DNA from: Clostridia bacterium
GTDB taxonomy: Bacteria; Bacillota; Clostridia; TANB77; CAG-508
DNA length: 64,000 bases
Assembly: GCA_900754285.1 (NCBI GenBank)
Contig: CAAECB010000080.1
Coordinates: 1,797 to 65,796 of the forward strand
Direction of reading: 5' to 3'
The notes under the pieces are model-generated. The model was not told the DNA's origin, did not search any database, and was given only the letters and a program-made list of their open reading frames with translations. A program made the position numbers and the translations under genes. Positions 1 through 11,007 of this stretch are shown in pieces. The first letter of the stretch is position 1. Every line of letters starts with the position of its first letter.

Positions 1-618
1 ATTGTTTGATAAAAATTGAGCATCAATATCATAATTTGTTTTATGTATATGACCTAATGCAACATAATCAAAACCTTTTTGTCTCAAAACTCTTTCTGAA
101 ATAGGATTATAATTTTTTTCTTGCAATATAGCCCCATTCAATGTTCCATGAATTACTAAAATATTCAATTTCTCTGGATTATCTATATTCAAATTTTCTA
201 TATCACAACCATTACAATAAAAATCATTAAAGCCAAATCCATAAATATCAACATCATCCATTGAAACTTTTTCTATTTTAGAACCAAAAATTTTTACATT
301 TTTATTCCATTTATACTGATTATAATATGAATTTTTTAAATATGGATCATGATTACCAGGTGATATAAAAATTTGAGTATCTGGTATCTCTCCAAACAAA
401 CTATTTATATATTCAATTGTTGATTTTTTTATATATTGATTTTCATATAAATCCCCTGATATAAATAAATATGGTATTTTATTTTCTTTAATATAATTTA
501 TAACTTTTTTTAAAGCCTTTCTTTGATCTAATCTCCTAATATCTCCAAAGCCTTCTCTATCAGCCAAATTCACAAACGGACTATCAAAATGCATATCTGC
601 AATATGTACAAATTTCAT
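1..618 (-). CDS. calcineurin-like metallophosphoesterase, SbcD/YhaO-type (3' end beyond window)
   Basis: Absent from ORF track because it runs off the edge. Own translation from ATG at 618 (GGAGG RBS at 632-636): MKFVHIADMHFDSPF..ISGDLYEN..SPGNHDP..VIHGT..ALGHIH, the phosphoesterase motifs. Confidence 0.8.
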   Translation of the reverse strand, partial: MKFVHIADMHFDSPFVNLADREGFGDIRRLDQRKALKKVINYIKENKIPYLFISGDLYENQYIKKSTIEYINSLFGEIPDTQIFISPGNHDPYLKNSYYNQYKWNKNVKIFGSKIEKVSMDDVDIYGFGFNDFYCNGCDIENLNIDNPEKLNILVIHGTLNGAILQEKNYNPISERVLRQKGFDYVALGHIHKTNYDIDAQFLSNN

Positions 619-724
619 AATAATCTTGTAACCTCCTATCTTTAGTATGCGAACATTTGTATTGTATCACATATATTTTAAAAGTCAAGAAAAAAGTAGA
701 ATTTTTTAAAATTCTACTTTTTTT

Positions 725-2797
725 CTATTCATCAAGAGGCCCAAACAACTCATCAAATTTAGCCTCAAGTTCTTTTTGTAAATCATACTCATCATCCTGA
801 GGAAGAACAGGCGCATCATCCTCAAAATCCTCCAAAGAAGAAGTACTAGAAGAATTAGAATTAGCAGTCACTCCAACAGGAACCTTTTCCTCTAAATCCT
901 CAAAAGCAGGAACTTGAGGAGTATTATCAACAACAGGTTTAGAAGTAATTTTAGAATCATTATTATCTGCAAACTCCTCATCATCAAACAAATCATCCAA
1001 AGAATCAACCTTCAAATTCTCAACTTGTTTAGCCTCATCCTCTGGAACATATGGATTATACGGATTATATTTTCTCCAATTACCTCTATGAATTTCACCA
1101 ATGTCATTATGGCTAATTTCATGACGAGCCAACTCTTTTGCCATTGGATGTTTAAAATAATAAAATTTCGGAGCCTTAACAGGTTTTAGACCCTTTACAA
1201 AAATTATACATTGATCTATATCCATTCTACGCAACTCATCTGGAGTCATCAAAGCCCTAGCCATAACCTGATCAGAAATACTCTTTCCTGTTTTATGATT
1301 TTGTTTATCCTTGCTTACAGATACACTATCTCTTTCAATTGTTTTTTCTCCTAATTGTTTTGAAAAATATTCAACAGTTTTAAAAGAGTTACTTCCTAGG
1401 AACAAGTGAGTATCACAGTTACCCATTATAGTTTCATAAGATTTTTCATAAACTGCTTCCAACTGGTCAACATTTTGCAAAATTACGCTAAAAGATATTT
1501 TTCTACTTCTTGATGTTGATATTTTTTTGTCGAAATCGGGTATTTTTCCAATATTAGCAAACTCATCTAATATAAAAAATGTCTGTTCTTTTAAAGCTCC
1601 ACCATTTTGATCAGCATAATCATATAATTGTTGAATCATTTGAGAGAAAAATATTGTCAATAAAAAGTCATATGCTGTATGTGTATCAGATGATATTACA
1701 TAAACTGCTGTTTTTTGATTTCCTATATCTTCAAAATCTATTGTATCAGTTGAAGTCAATTCTGCAATTTCTTTAGAATCAAACTTACCTAATTTTGATT
1801 GCAATGTACTCAATATAGAACTATATGTTTTTTCTGGTGCAATTTCAATAGATTTATAATACATTCTAGCTGGATGGTCATATGGTAAAGCACTAATTAA
1901 TTCTGTTAATAAATTGCTTCCACCATTTGAATTTGCTGCTCTAACCAATTCTGCACAACTAGCCAAATTTTGCTCTTCTTTTGGTCTTGTTGCTAGCAAA
2001 TAATAAATTAAAGCCTTTAGTAACATTTCTGCTGAATCGTCCCAAAATGGCTCTGAACTTCCACCATCTGTTTTTTGCCCTCTAATTATAGTATTCGCAA
2101 TAACATCTACATCTATTTCTGATGATATATGCATTAATGGGTTATATCCATCACTAAATTGAGGTCTTACTAAATTTAATACTTTTATTTTATAACCATG
2201 ATCTCGCAAATATCCAGCTGTTTTATCATATAATTCACCTTTTGGATCAGTAAAAACATAAGAACCTAACATTTGATATGCATTTGGTATTGAATATGAT
2301 GCAGATTTACCTGAACCTGAACCTCCGACTACCAATACATTTACATTTCCTCTTTTATCAACTGGTAAATAGTTATTTTCTGCTAATATAATACCTTTAT
2401 TTTTGTCTAATATACTATATTGTTCCCCATGTTGACTCCAATCACTTGAACCATGTTCTATATCAGAATATTCATGTTTTGGTGCTGATTTTACTATTCC
2501 TATTGTTAATGCTATTCCATAAATAATTGTAAATCCTACTAATGTGGATAGGAAATTGCCTGCTGCTCCTTTTGAAAATATATTTCCTAAAGTTGCAAAT
2601 GGTTGAATTATATTTTTTATAAAATTTGTAAAAAATAATGCCAAGTCAAAAGTTTCTCCTTGTTTTGCTTGGAATATTGAATACGAAAAAGGTGCAACAA
2701 ATACTATGGCTAAAAGAATCCATAGTATGGCACCTATTGTTATTTTTTTTCTATTCTTTTTTAATGCTCCTTGCATTTTGTAGTTCATAATCTTCAC
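725..2797 (-). CDS. TraG/TraD/VirD4-family type IV coupling ATPase-like protein (T4CP), N-terminal TM helices
   Basis: 690 aa. Two N-terminal hydrophobic helices, Walker A VVGGSGSGKSAS, FFILDEFANIGKIPDF typical of T4CPs, acidic disordered C-terminus. Confidence 0.8.
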   Translation of the reverse strand: MKIMNYKMQGALKKNRKKITIGAILWILLAIVFVAPFSYSIFQAKQGETFDLALFFTNFIKNIIQPFATLGNIFSKGAAGNFLSTLVGFTIIYGIALTIGIVKSAPKHEYSDIEHGSSDWSQHGEQYSILDKNKGIILAENNYLPVDKRGNVNVLVVGGSGSGKSASYSIPNAYQMLGSYVFTDPKGELYDKTAGYLRDHGYKIKVLNLVRPQFSDGYNPLMHISSEIDVDVIANTIIRGQKTDGGSSEPFWDDSAEMLLKALIYYLLATRPKEEQNLASCAELVRAANSNGGSNLLTELISALPYDHPARMYYKSIEIAPEKTYSSILSTLQSKLGKFDSKEIAELTSTDTIDFEDIGNQKTAVYVISSDTHTAYDFLLTIFFSQMIQQLYDYADQNGGALKEQTFFILDEFANIGKIPDFDKKISTSRSRKISFSVILQNVDQLEAVYEKSYETIMGNCDTHLFLGSNSFKTVEYFSKQLGEKTIERDSVSVSKDKQNHKTGKSISDQVMARALMTPDELRRMDIDQCIIFVKGLKPVKAPKFYYFKHPMAKELARHEISHNDIGEIHRGNWRKYNPYNPYVPEDEAKQVENLKVDSLDDLFDDEEFADNNDSKITSKPVVDNTPQVPAFEDLEEKVPVGVTANSNSSSTSSLEDFEDDAPVLPQDDEYDLQKELEAKFDELFGPLDE

Positions 2798-2817
2798 CTA
2801 CTCTTTTGTTTAAATTA

Positions 2818-3171
2818 CTATATGTCTCTTTCTGTCATATTTTCTGTTTTTATTGGTCTTCCTGTATTTCTACGATGTTGATCGATTTTTTTGAATTGTT
2901 CTACATCTGCTTTTATTACTTGTCCATCAACAATTCTAACTGCTAAACCTGTTTCTGCATCATATCTACATTCATTATCTCTTGCAACTGTTTGCATTAA
3001 TTCTTGTGCTATATGTTCTGCTATATCATCTTTTTGAGCCATAGCTTGAACTTTTGTTGCATCTCCTGGCTTTTGTCCTTCTTTTAATTCATTTTGCACT
3101 TCTGCTAATATAGAACAAACAATTTGTATTCTCATTTTGCTGTCATCTTTCTGAGCGCCCGCATTTCCCAT
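2818..3171 (-). CDS. hypothetical protein, co-oriented just upstream of T4CP-like gene (start perhaps M13 at 3135)
   Basis: ORF track. 20-nt gap to the T4CP-like gene. No family recognised. Confidence 0.4.
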   Translation of the reverse strand: MGNAGAQKDDSKMRIQIVCSILAEVQNELKEGQKPGDATKVQAMAQKDDIAEHIAQELMQTVARDNECRYDAETGLAVRIVDGQVIKADVEQFKKIDQHRRNTGRPIKTENMTERDI

Positions 3172-3189
3172 TTAAAACTTCCTCCTTAA

Positions 3190-3744
3190 TTAATCTTTTT
3201 TGTCTCTAATTTCAAAGGCAAAATAAGATTTATATGGTTTTAATTTACACTTACCTTTTACTTCATTTGTTTTCTCGTCAAAATAAAGAACTGGTTTCAC
3301 TTCTTCTGTTGTTTCTGGGTCTATAATACATATTGGCCTTTTTAAATTAGGAGTATATCTGAAATCTTTGTATTCAGTTTCTGACTCCGTATACAAACTA
3401 TCAAGTTTTAGTGGCATTGGTTTTTTAGAAATAGATATTTTATTTCCATCTAAAAGTGCCATATTTACCACTACTCTTTCTTTTCCAAAAGACAAAATAA
3501 CTAATTGATCCTCATCTTGTGATGGATCATCTATATAAAATGTTTTTCTAGTATTTTCTCCTCTTATTTCTTCTGTAAAATCCAATCTTTGTATTGTATA
3601 TTTTGGAGATTCTGCTAAAAATTCTTTTTCTGTTTTATTTACTTGGTATATTACTGTTCTAACATCTTTAGGATCTGTAATACTAAAGTGTTTTCCTTGC
3701 CACATATCCATTCTATGACACCCCTCTTCTATGATTTTACACAT
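3190..3744 (-). CDS. hypothetical protein (start perhaps M12 at 3711)
   Basis: ORF track. 18-nt gap to the next gene, same strand. No family recognised. Confidence 0.4.
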   Translation of the reverse strand: MCKIIEEGCHRMDMWQGKHFSITDPKDVRTVIYQVNKTEKEFLAESPKYTIQRLDFTEEIRGENTRKTFYIDDPSQDEDQLVILSFGKERVVVNMALLDGNKISISKKPMPLKLDSLYTESETEYKDFRYTPNLKRPICIIDPETTEEVKPVLYFDEKTNEVKGKCKLKPYKSYFAFEIRDKKD

Positions 3745-3824
3745 AGCTCGTCTTTTGCATGTCCACTATATATTATACCTAAAAACAAGCCATTTGTCAA
3801 TAAAAAATTTATGTTAATTATTTT

Positions 3825-4709
3825 TTAATTTGATATATTATTTTCTCTTGGATTAAAAGATGATACTTGTTGTAATTTTTCATATAAAGATTTTTCTTCT
3901 TCTGATATATTTTTTGGTACTACAATTTTTACTTCTGCCACTAAATCACCTTTAGAACCTTCTCTATCTTTATAACCCTTACTTGTAATTCTTAATTTTT
4001 CTCCACTTTGAATTCCTTGTGGAATATATACTTTTGTTTCATTTTCTATTGTTGGAATATTAACTCTTGTCCCTAAACTTGCTTCCCAAGGTGTAAGCAA
4101 TAATTCTGTATATATGTCAAGTCCATCTAATCTAAAATTTTTACTATCTTGAATATCAATTTTTAAATATAAATCACCATTTTTTCCACCATTTTTTCCT
4201 TTTTTTCCTTGTCCTATTAATCTTACTTTTTCACCATTTTTTATTCCTTTTGGTATATTTATAGAAAAAACTTTGCTCTTTCCTTCTACATCTTTTAACG
4301 CTATCTTTTTTTCTGTCCCAAAATAAGCTTCCTCTAATCCTACTTGGATTTCTGTTTCTACATCTTCTCCTCTAATTGTTTCTTGTTCTTTTGCATCTTC
4401 AAAATTAGAATCCACATTTCCTAGAAATATTTGAAAAATTGATTCTTTACTTTTTAATTTTTTTTGCTTATTTCGCACATGGTATGTATTCCATGTTCTA
4501 TCATATTTTCTTTTTGCTGATGGTACTGATAATGTCCTATATGCTTCATTTATTTCTTTTATTTTGTCTTCTGAAAAACTATCTCCTACATTTAAGTCTG
4601 GATGATACTTTTTCGCTGCACTTCTATATGCTGATTTTATTTCATCTATTGATACTCTTGTATTTTCAAGTCCTAATATTTCATAATAATCTTTAAACAC
4701 TTTAAACAT
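3825..4709 (-). CDS. J-domain co-chaperone, CbpA-like DnaJ homologue without zinc finger
   Basis: N-terminal J domain DYYEILGL..AYRSAAKKYHPDLN, then DnaJ C-terminal beta domains (GEDVETEIQV..GEKVRLIGQG..GDLYLKI). No CxxCxGxG repeats. Confidence 0.85.
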   Translation of the reverse strand: MFKVFKDYYEILGLENTRVSIDEIKSAYRSAAKKYHPDLNVGDSFSEDKIKEINEAYRTLSVPSAKRKYDRTWNTYHVRNKQKKLKSKESIFQIFLGNVDSNFEDAKEQETIRGEDVETEIQVGLEEAYFGTEKKIALKDVEGKSKVFSINIPKGIKNGEKVRLIGQGKKGKNGGKNGDLYLKIDIQDSKNFRLDGLDIYTELLLTPWEASLGTRVNIPTIENETKVYIPQGIQSGEKLRITSKGYKDREGSKGDLVAEVKIVVPKNISEEEKSLYEKLQQVSSFNPRENNISN

Positions 4710-4841
4710 CCTCCAATTATAGAATCCTATAACAAATTTGGTACACTTATTATATCATAAAATCGAAAAAAATCTATAGTTTTTCCAATTTTTTATCTGC
4801 TTTTAATAAACTCATTAATCAGCACATCAAATAATATATCA

Positions 4842-6281
4842 TTAATCTTGATTTTCTGTAACACTTTGTACATACTTATTACATAATTCAAAAAATTTCA
4901 TTCCATTAGATGCTTTAAACAAAATGACATCTCCTGATTTAGTATTATCAATCAAATACTTTAATATTTCGCTTTTATCTTCAAAATAAATAATTTGTTT
5001 TTGGTTGTCTACATTATTTTTATTTGCCTCTTCAGCAATAAATTTAGCATTTTCACCACTACATACTAAAACATCAACATTACTATCTGACACTGCTTTA
5101 CCTATTTTTGTATGCATTTCTTCTGCAAAATTACCTAATTCAAAAACATCTCCTAAGACCGCTATTTTTCTGTGTTCCTTATATCCATCTAATGAGCTTA
5201 ATGATGCTTTTATTGATTCGTAACTAGCATTATATGCATCATTAATAACTGTAATATCATCTTTTAATTTTTTGACTTCCATTCTTTTTTCAGTCAAAGC
5301 AAATGTTTCTATTCCATTTTTTATTTTTTCTTTTTCTATCCCTAATAAAATTCCTACAAGAGTTGCACATAATGAATTATAAATAAAATGTATTCCTCCA
5401 ACTGGTACATTTACAAAAAATGTTTCCTCTTTTCCTTCTTTTATAAAATGACAAACAAATTCACTTGCATTTTCTTTTAACTTGATATCACTTGCCCAAA
5501 CATCACTTTTATTTTCTATTCCAAAAGAATGAATTTTTAAAATTTTATTTTCAAGATTTTTGTTATGCCATTCATTAAGTTTATCATTATCCTCATTTAT
5601 AATTATTTCTTTATTTTTCATACCATCTAATATTTCTAATTTTGCTTTTAAAATATTATCTCTTGAACCTAAATTTCCTATATGTGATGTTCCTATATTT
5701 GTTATAATTGCTATGTCTGGCTTTGCAATATTAGTAAGTAAGTCTATCTCTCCAAAGTGATTCATTCCCATTTCAACTACTGCAACTTCTTGATCTATTA
5801 AATGTAATAAAGTTAATGGCAATCCTATATGATTATTATAATTTCCCATTGTTTTTAATGTTTTATATTTTTGTGCTACTACATTTGCTACCATATCTTT
5901 TGTACTCGTTTTTCCAACACTTCCTGTTATTGCTATAACTTTTAAATCTTTTCCATACAAATTTCTTTTATATGCAGCTATTTTTTGCAATGCTTCTAAA
6001 CTATTTTCTACTACAATAATTGTTCTGTCTGGCCATTTTTGCAATAACTTCACATCTATTTTTATATTGTTTATAATAACAATTTTTCCATTCTTTTTAA
6101 ATGCTTCTTCCCAGTATTCACTTCCATCTATTGTGTCTGCTTTTAATCCTATATATACATCATTTTCATTCATTCTTCTAGTATCATATGCAAACTCTCC
6201 ACAAACTGCTTCTTTGTCTCCTTGTAAAAGTATTCCTCCTGTTATTTCTAAAATGTCTTTAACTTTTAATTCTTTATTCAT
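4842..6281 (-). CDS. murF: UDP-N-acetylmuramoyl-tripeptide--D-alanyl-D-alanine ligase
   Basis: 479 aa. Mur-ligase P-loop ITGSVGKTSTKDM, DAYNASYES motif, overall MurF architecture. Confidence 0.9.
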   Translation of the reverse strand: MNKELKVKDILEITGGILLQGDKEAVCGEFAYDTRRMNENDVYIGLKADTIDGSEYWEEAFKKNGKIVIINNIKIDVKLLQKWPDRTIIVVENSLEALQKIAAYKRNLYGKDLKVIAITGSVGKTSTKDMVANVVAQKYKTLKTMGNYNNHIGLPLTLLHLIDQEVAVVEMGMNHFGEIDLLTNIAKPDIAIITNIGTSHIGNLGSRDNILKAKLEILDGMKNKEIIINEDNDKLNEWHNKNLENKILKIHSFGIENKSDVWASDIKLKENASEFVCHFIKEGKEETFFVNVPVGGIHFIYNSLCATLVGILLGIEKEKIKNGIETFALTEKRMEVKKLKDDITVINDAYNASYESIKASLSSLDGYKEHRKIAVLGDVFELGNFAEEMHTKIGKAVSDSNVDVLVCSGENAKFIAEEANKNNVDNQKQIIYFEDKSEILKYLIDNTKSGDVILFKASNGMKFFELCNKYVQSVTENQD

Positions 6282-6455
6282 AATTGTTTCATTCCTTCCT
6301 TTTGTAACAATATATTTTTATACTTTTTTGCTAAAATTTTTATCAATATGTTTTTTATTTAATATATGTCAATTTTTCTTATTTTAATATAATTTTTTAT
6401 AAAAATCAATTATTATTTTTATATTCTAGAAAATTAAGATAACTTTTTTAGATAC

Positions 6456-6494
6456 AAAAAGTAGGAAGAAAATTTACTTTTCTCCCTACTTTTA
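6456..6494 (-). terminator. rho-independent terminator downstream of surface-protein operon
   Basis: Stem gtaggaaga (6461-6469) / tctccctac (6481-6489), one mismatch. T-run on the minus strand (plus-strand aaaaa 6456-6460). Confidence 0.6.
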
Positions 6495-6554
6495 ATATTT
6501 TTTTGAGTCTTGTCATAAAAGCATTAGTGTTTTTTGAGTCCGGCCCCAAAAACA

Positions 6555-9500
6555 TTAGCTTTTTCTTCGTTTTATTACAAAGATTACCGTTGTTATTCCT
6601 ATTGCTAATACTACTAAAACTGTGATTCCTATTATTGTGTATTTTATAGTATTATCTTCTGCACCTGTTGGTGGATGTATTATAATGTCTTCTGGATAAT
6701 GGAAATCTGGCTCTTTATTGTTTCCTGGGTTGTCACTGTTTGGATTTTCTGGGTTTGGTTTTTCTGGGTTAAAGTTTCCTAGTGTTTCTCCAAATGTTGT
6801 ACTTGTATCACTCTTGTAAAGCTCTCTTCCCCATGTTTTTGTTACTTCAACAATTTCTGCCCAGTTACTATATTTCATATCATCTTGTGTTGGAGTTAAT
6901 GATTTATCTAATAATAGTTTTACTGGTATTTGCGCACTTTCTGTTGGTTTTAACTGTTGTTGCTCAAATCCTTTTCCTATTAACATTGTTGTGTATTTAG
7001 ATTGATTTGCATCTGTTTTTAAAGCATTTCTTACATCTTCTGACAACCAATCGCGTGTATCTGCCCAATTTATTGTTGACCATTTATATTGCTCATTTGC
7101 AACTGTTGAGTCTGTTAACATTCTATTTGCTGTATCAAATGTTAATTCATTGTCTACATAGTTGATTATATTAGATACTATTACTTTTACTTTGTCATTT
7201 TCACTTCCTGCTATTCCATTTCTATAATAGTTTTTAGTGTTATACTCTAACTCACTCTTATTTGTTACATTAAATCCATATTCTACAAATAGGTCTGCTC
7301 TTTGTAAGATTTCTGAGTCTAGTTCTAATTCTACAAATCCTTTTACTGCTCCTACGTTTTTGCTTTCTCTTCCTGAAGATGGCATATATTTTACATTTGA
7401 TATATCCATATTATCACTTGGTACTACCTCTTTTATTGTATTCCCTTCTGCTGATTTTAATAATATTTTGTTTATTGTATTATCTATTTTGACTTTGTAT
7501 CTTGCTCTTTCTACAATTCCAAAATCTATATTATTTACATCATATTTCATATTTTCATTTGCTGCTGAATCTGCATTATCTGTAAATATGTCATCTTTTT
7601 CATATTGGAAATCCATACATGGTGTAAATGCATCTATCTTTAAGTCATTATTTATACTTGTATTATATTTTATATGTTGCATATTGTCATTTTCTGATGC
7701 CCATGTTCTTTCTATCTCTGTTCTTGTTTTTGAGCCATCATTTGGTAATTTATAATATTCGTTTTTATTGTCATATACATCAATTGCATCTGAATATCTT
7801 GTGTCTACGTCTTTTTTATACCATGATGTGTCTTTATTTTTATAATTTGCATTTTCTCTGTCTTGACTATAAATTGTTGCTTGATATTGTTGTACTGGAT
7901 ATTGCTCATTTCCATATTGATATACTACAATATAATTTCCTGGTAAAAATCCTGATAGTTGATATTCTCCTTCATTATTTGTTACTGCTGTTATTTCTGT
8001 TGCTCCACTAGAATTGTAATTATATGCTGCATTTCCTAAATCTTTATTTGCTCCTACATCAATTAGTTTTACTGATACTCCACTTACTTTTTTGTCTTCC
8101 GAAGAATTGTATTTTCCATCTCCTTTTCTTTCTTGTCCTTCTTTAAATTCTTCTGATGTTGCATCTTCAAATACAATTCCTTTTGTTGTTCTGACATCTG
8201 ATGATATTTTCATTGTAACTTCTGGTGCCCATGCTAAGTCATCTTCTACATTTTGTAGTCTTTTACTTGGGTCTGCATTTCCAACTGCTGAATCTGTATC
8301 TATTGCTGTATATCCTTTATTGTCTTTTTTTGCTGTTGTTGAATTGATTTCTACAACATTTGCTGCTAATTTTATATCTCCATTTAACATATTTTTCAAT
8401 ACATCTTGTGATACTTCATATTTTACAAATACTTCATTTGCACCATTTGTTAGAATGTTTACTTTATTATATTCTGTGTTGTATACTCCTTGTCCTGATG
8501 TTTGCATATTTCCACTAAGTGTTACTGTTCCTGCTGCTTGGTCTATTGTTGCTCCTGTTCCTGTTCCTACTATACTTAATGAATTATCATAATAGTTCAC
8601 TATATTGTTTACTGTTGTGTTTATTTGTGTATTTTGGTTTGTTATATTAATTTTGTATGTTAAATATACTTTTAATGCTCCTTGATTTTGTTTGTTATAT
8701 TCTGCATCTGATCTATATATTTCTCTTATTAATGCTGTATTATATGCATCACTTGTCCTAATTTTTATGTCAAAATTATCATTTCTATTATATTTGTACA
8801 CATGTGAATATGTTTTTCCATAATCTTGTCTTGTTAGTGCTACTTCTGCTGTATATAATTGGTCTCTTATTGCCATATCTGGCAAATCTCTTTCATATAA
8901 TCCAAAATTAACATTTGATATTGTGTTATTACTTATTGCTTGATTTTGTAAATAATATCCTGCTTCTGTTGTATATGAAGTCATATGATATTTATCATCT
9001 GCATAATAATCACTACTATATGCTTTTGAGTTTTTATCCTTTTTAGTTGTACTATAAATTACTTTACTCTCATACCTTCCTTCATCTGGATATTGAGAAT
9101 ATTTATAATCTATTGTACTTCCTCCATTCGCATTATTACTAGATACATTATTTTCATTTATTTGCGTTTTTGCAGTTATTGTAGAAAAATTATTATTAAA
9201 TGTATCTCTTCCTGATGAATTTTCACTTGCTTTTGAACCTGCTACAGCCGTATTTTTTACTACACTTTGATATTTAATACCATTATACTCAAATTCAATT
9301 GTGTATTGACTTAATTCATTTTGCTTTATTGCTAAATTCTTACCATTAAATTTATATTTTCCATTTGCTCCTGTTGAGTTTCCATCACTATCATATCCAG
9401 AACAAACTTCTGAAACTATATTACCATTTTTCTTTAATACAACTCTTACTCCATTTATTCCTTCTCCATTATTAAACATATCATTCCTGATATTGGTTTT

Positions 9501-11006
9501 TCCTACTCCTCCATCCAGGAATACAGTTCCTTCTATACTTACCAGCACTGGATTATCATTTAATGTGGTCCAATCATTCTTTTTCAATGTTACACCATTA
9601 GCATATGTTACCTGATATCCTTTTGGTGCTACTGTTTCATAAGCCTTATAATTTCCATCAGGCACTCCTCCTATATATATCTTCCCTTCAGAATTAGTTG
9701 TAAATTCATACGGAGTATCTTGTAATCCACTTTGTGCATTTACCCATTTATTTTTATCCGTATTTTTTACCGTAAATTTTGCCCCACTCAGCTTTATATT
9801 CGTATTTGTTGCATCTTGTTTTATTATTCCTAAGTCTATCGTCGCTTTTTTATTTGTTACATAATTATAACTTGCCGAACCTGTTGTTGACGATATATTT
9901 ATCATTCCTGTATTTGTTGCTACATAATTAGCTGGTGCTTTTGTTTCTTTTGTTTGATATTGTCCCCATGTTGCTCCATTTATCGCTATTTCTCCATTAG
10001 CATCTGTAGTAAATTGATGTGCACCTGCTTCATTCTTATTTGCTACTTTATTTGAACCTAACCATTTTCCAACTGAAGTATTGTAAAATTTGAATTTTGC
10101 TCCTGCTAATCCTTTTGATGTATTATCTGCATCTACTTTTTTTATTTTTATATTTTTCTGAGCCACTGCTCCTCTAAAGACAATTTGTGATTGTGCATAT
10201 TGTCCTCCTTTAATATCTGTCAAATCAGATTTTAATTCAATTATTCTAGCTTTGAATTTCAAACCCTTTCCTTTAGTAACAGCTTCATCATAAGCTGTTG
10301 ACATAGTATCTGCATAACTAGTTCCATCAAATCCATTAGTAGAACGTAATTCACACGCATTTAGTATCTTTCTTCTTAAATCTCCATGCTTTGCCCCAAA
10401 ATTATCAATACCTCTTTTTAATGTTTGTTGTACTCTTTCTTTTGCTGCACCAACAGCTTTATCTGTATTTTTTGCTGATGCTGGATCTGAATCCGTAACA
10501 TTTACTCTTGAATATAAATATGCCTCATATGCTACACGATAAAAATAATTTCTACAATATGTACCATTTATAACCTGATTAAGATCATAACTTCTACCTC
10601 CTGTATAATGAACCACACAAGATCCATTTCCATCTAGATTTATATCTATTATTGATGTTATTTGATATCTTGCTGTTGCATAATTTTCACGCGTATCTCC
10701 ATGTTTATCATCTGAACAATATGTATTTACTAAGTTATACGCTTCTGGTCTATTCTCTCTTGTTGTTGTAAACTTTTTTTGAATAAAATTAAACATATCA
10801 TCACTAAAAAATTCATCACTTGTTTTTGCTAAACGTGCTAAATCTTCTATTGAAGCAATTGCGTTTGGTCTCTTGCCTCTATCTGTATGTCCATCTTTTG
10901 CATCTAATTGTTGTGCATTAATTGCTGAAACTTTAGAAGGTATAAAGAGTAATATTGCAAAAAACACTATTATTAAACTTATTAATATATTTCTTTTTAT
11001 TTTCAT
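6555..11006 (-). CDS. giant cell-surface adhesin-like protein with Cna-B/SpaA-type and SdrD-B-like repeats and C-terminal sorting-signal-like anchor
   Basis: Signal peptide MKIKRNILISLIIVFFAILLFIPSKVSA. Repeated G.Y...ET.AP.GY motifs (GQYQTKETKAPANY, GNYKAYETVAPKGY). SdrD-B-like INGVRVVLKKNG..GKYKFNG and VSGVSVKLID..GEYQLSG. C-terminus HPPTG + hydrophobic helix + KRRKS. Confidence 0.8.
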   Translation of the reverse strand: MKIKRNILISLIIVFFAILLFIPSKVSAINAQQLDAKDGHTDRGKRPNAIASIEDLARLAKTSDEFFSDDMFNFIQKKFTTTRENRPEAYNLVNTYCSDDKHGDTRENYATARYQITSIIDINLDGNGSCVVHYTGGRSYDLNQVINGTYCRNYFYRVAYEAYLYSRVNVTDSDPASAKNTDKAVGAAKERVQQTLKRGIDNFGAKHGDLRRKILNACELRSTNGFDGTSYADTMSTAYDEAVTKGKGLKFKARIIELKSDLTDIKGGQYAQSQIVFRGAVAQKNIKIKKVDADNTSKGLAGAKFKFYNTSVGKWLGSNKVANKNEAGAHQFTTDANGEIAINGATWGQYQTKETKAPANYVATNTGMINISSTTGSASYNYVTNKKATIDLGIIKQDATNTNIKLSGAKFTVKNTDKNKWVNAQSGLQDTPYEFTTNSEGKIYIGGVPDGNYKAYETVAPKGYQVTYANGVTLKKNDWTTLNDNPVLVSIEGTVFLDGGVGKTNIRNDMFNNGEGINGVRVVLKKNGNIVSEVCSGYDSDGNSTGANGKYKFNGKNLAIKQNELSQYTIEFEYNGIKYQSVVKNTAVAGSKASENSSGRDTFNNNFSTITAKTQINENNVSSNNANGGSTIDYKYSQYPDEGRYESKVIYSTTKKDKNSKAYSSDYYADDKYHMTSYTTEAGYYLQNQAISNNTISNVNFGLYERDLPDMAIRDQLYTAEVALTRQDYGKTYSHVYKYNRNDNFDIKIRTSDAYNTALIREIYRSDAEYNKQNQGALKVYLTYKINITNQNTQINTTVNNIVNYYDNSLSIVGTGTGATIDQAAGTVTLSGNMQTSGQGVYNTEYNKVNILTNGANEVFVKYEVSQDVLKNMLNGDIKLAANVVEINSTTAKKDNKGYTAIDTDSAVGNADPSKRLQNVEDDLAWAPEVTMKISSDVRTTKGIVFEDATSEEFKEGQERKGDGKYNSSEDKKVSGVSVKLIDVGANKDLGNAAYNYNSSGATEITAVTNNEGEYQLSGFLPGNYIVVYQYGNEQYPVQQYQATIYSQDRENANYKNKDTSWYKKDVDTRYSDAIDVYDNKNEYYKLPNDGSKTRTEIERTWASENDNMQHIKYNTSINNDLKIDAFTPCMDFQYEKDDIFTDNADSAANENMKYDVNNIDFGIVERARYKVKIDNTINKILLKSAEGNTIKEVVPSDNMDISNVKYMPSSGRESKNVGAVKGFVELELDSEILQRADLFVEYGFNVTNKSELEYNTKNYYRNGIAGSENDKVKVIVSNIINYVDNELTFDTANRMLTDSTVANEQYKWSTINWADTRDWLSEDVRNALKTDANQSKYTTMLIGKGFEQQQLKPTESAQIPVKLLLDKSLTPTQDDMKYSNWAEIVEVTKTWGRELYKSDTSTTFGETLGNFNPEKPNPENPNSDNPGNNKEPDFHYPEDIIIHPPTGAEDNTIKYTIIGITVLVVLAIGITTVIFVIKRRKS

Positions 11007-11007
11007 A

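Noticed and set aside
7237-8592. Long plus-strand ORFs (e.g. 7237-7755, 8092-8592; likewise 32422-32955, 34902-35522, 59550-60134) antisense to large minus-strand genes
   Set aside because: They give L/F/I/S-rich low-complexity translations, lack RBSs, and are fully nested in well-supported genes on the other strand. These are shadow ORFs typical of AT-rich DNA.
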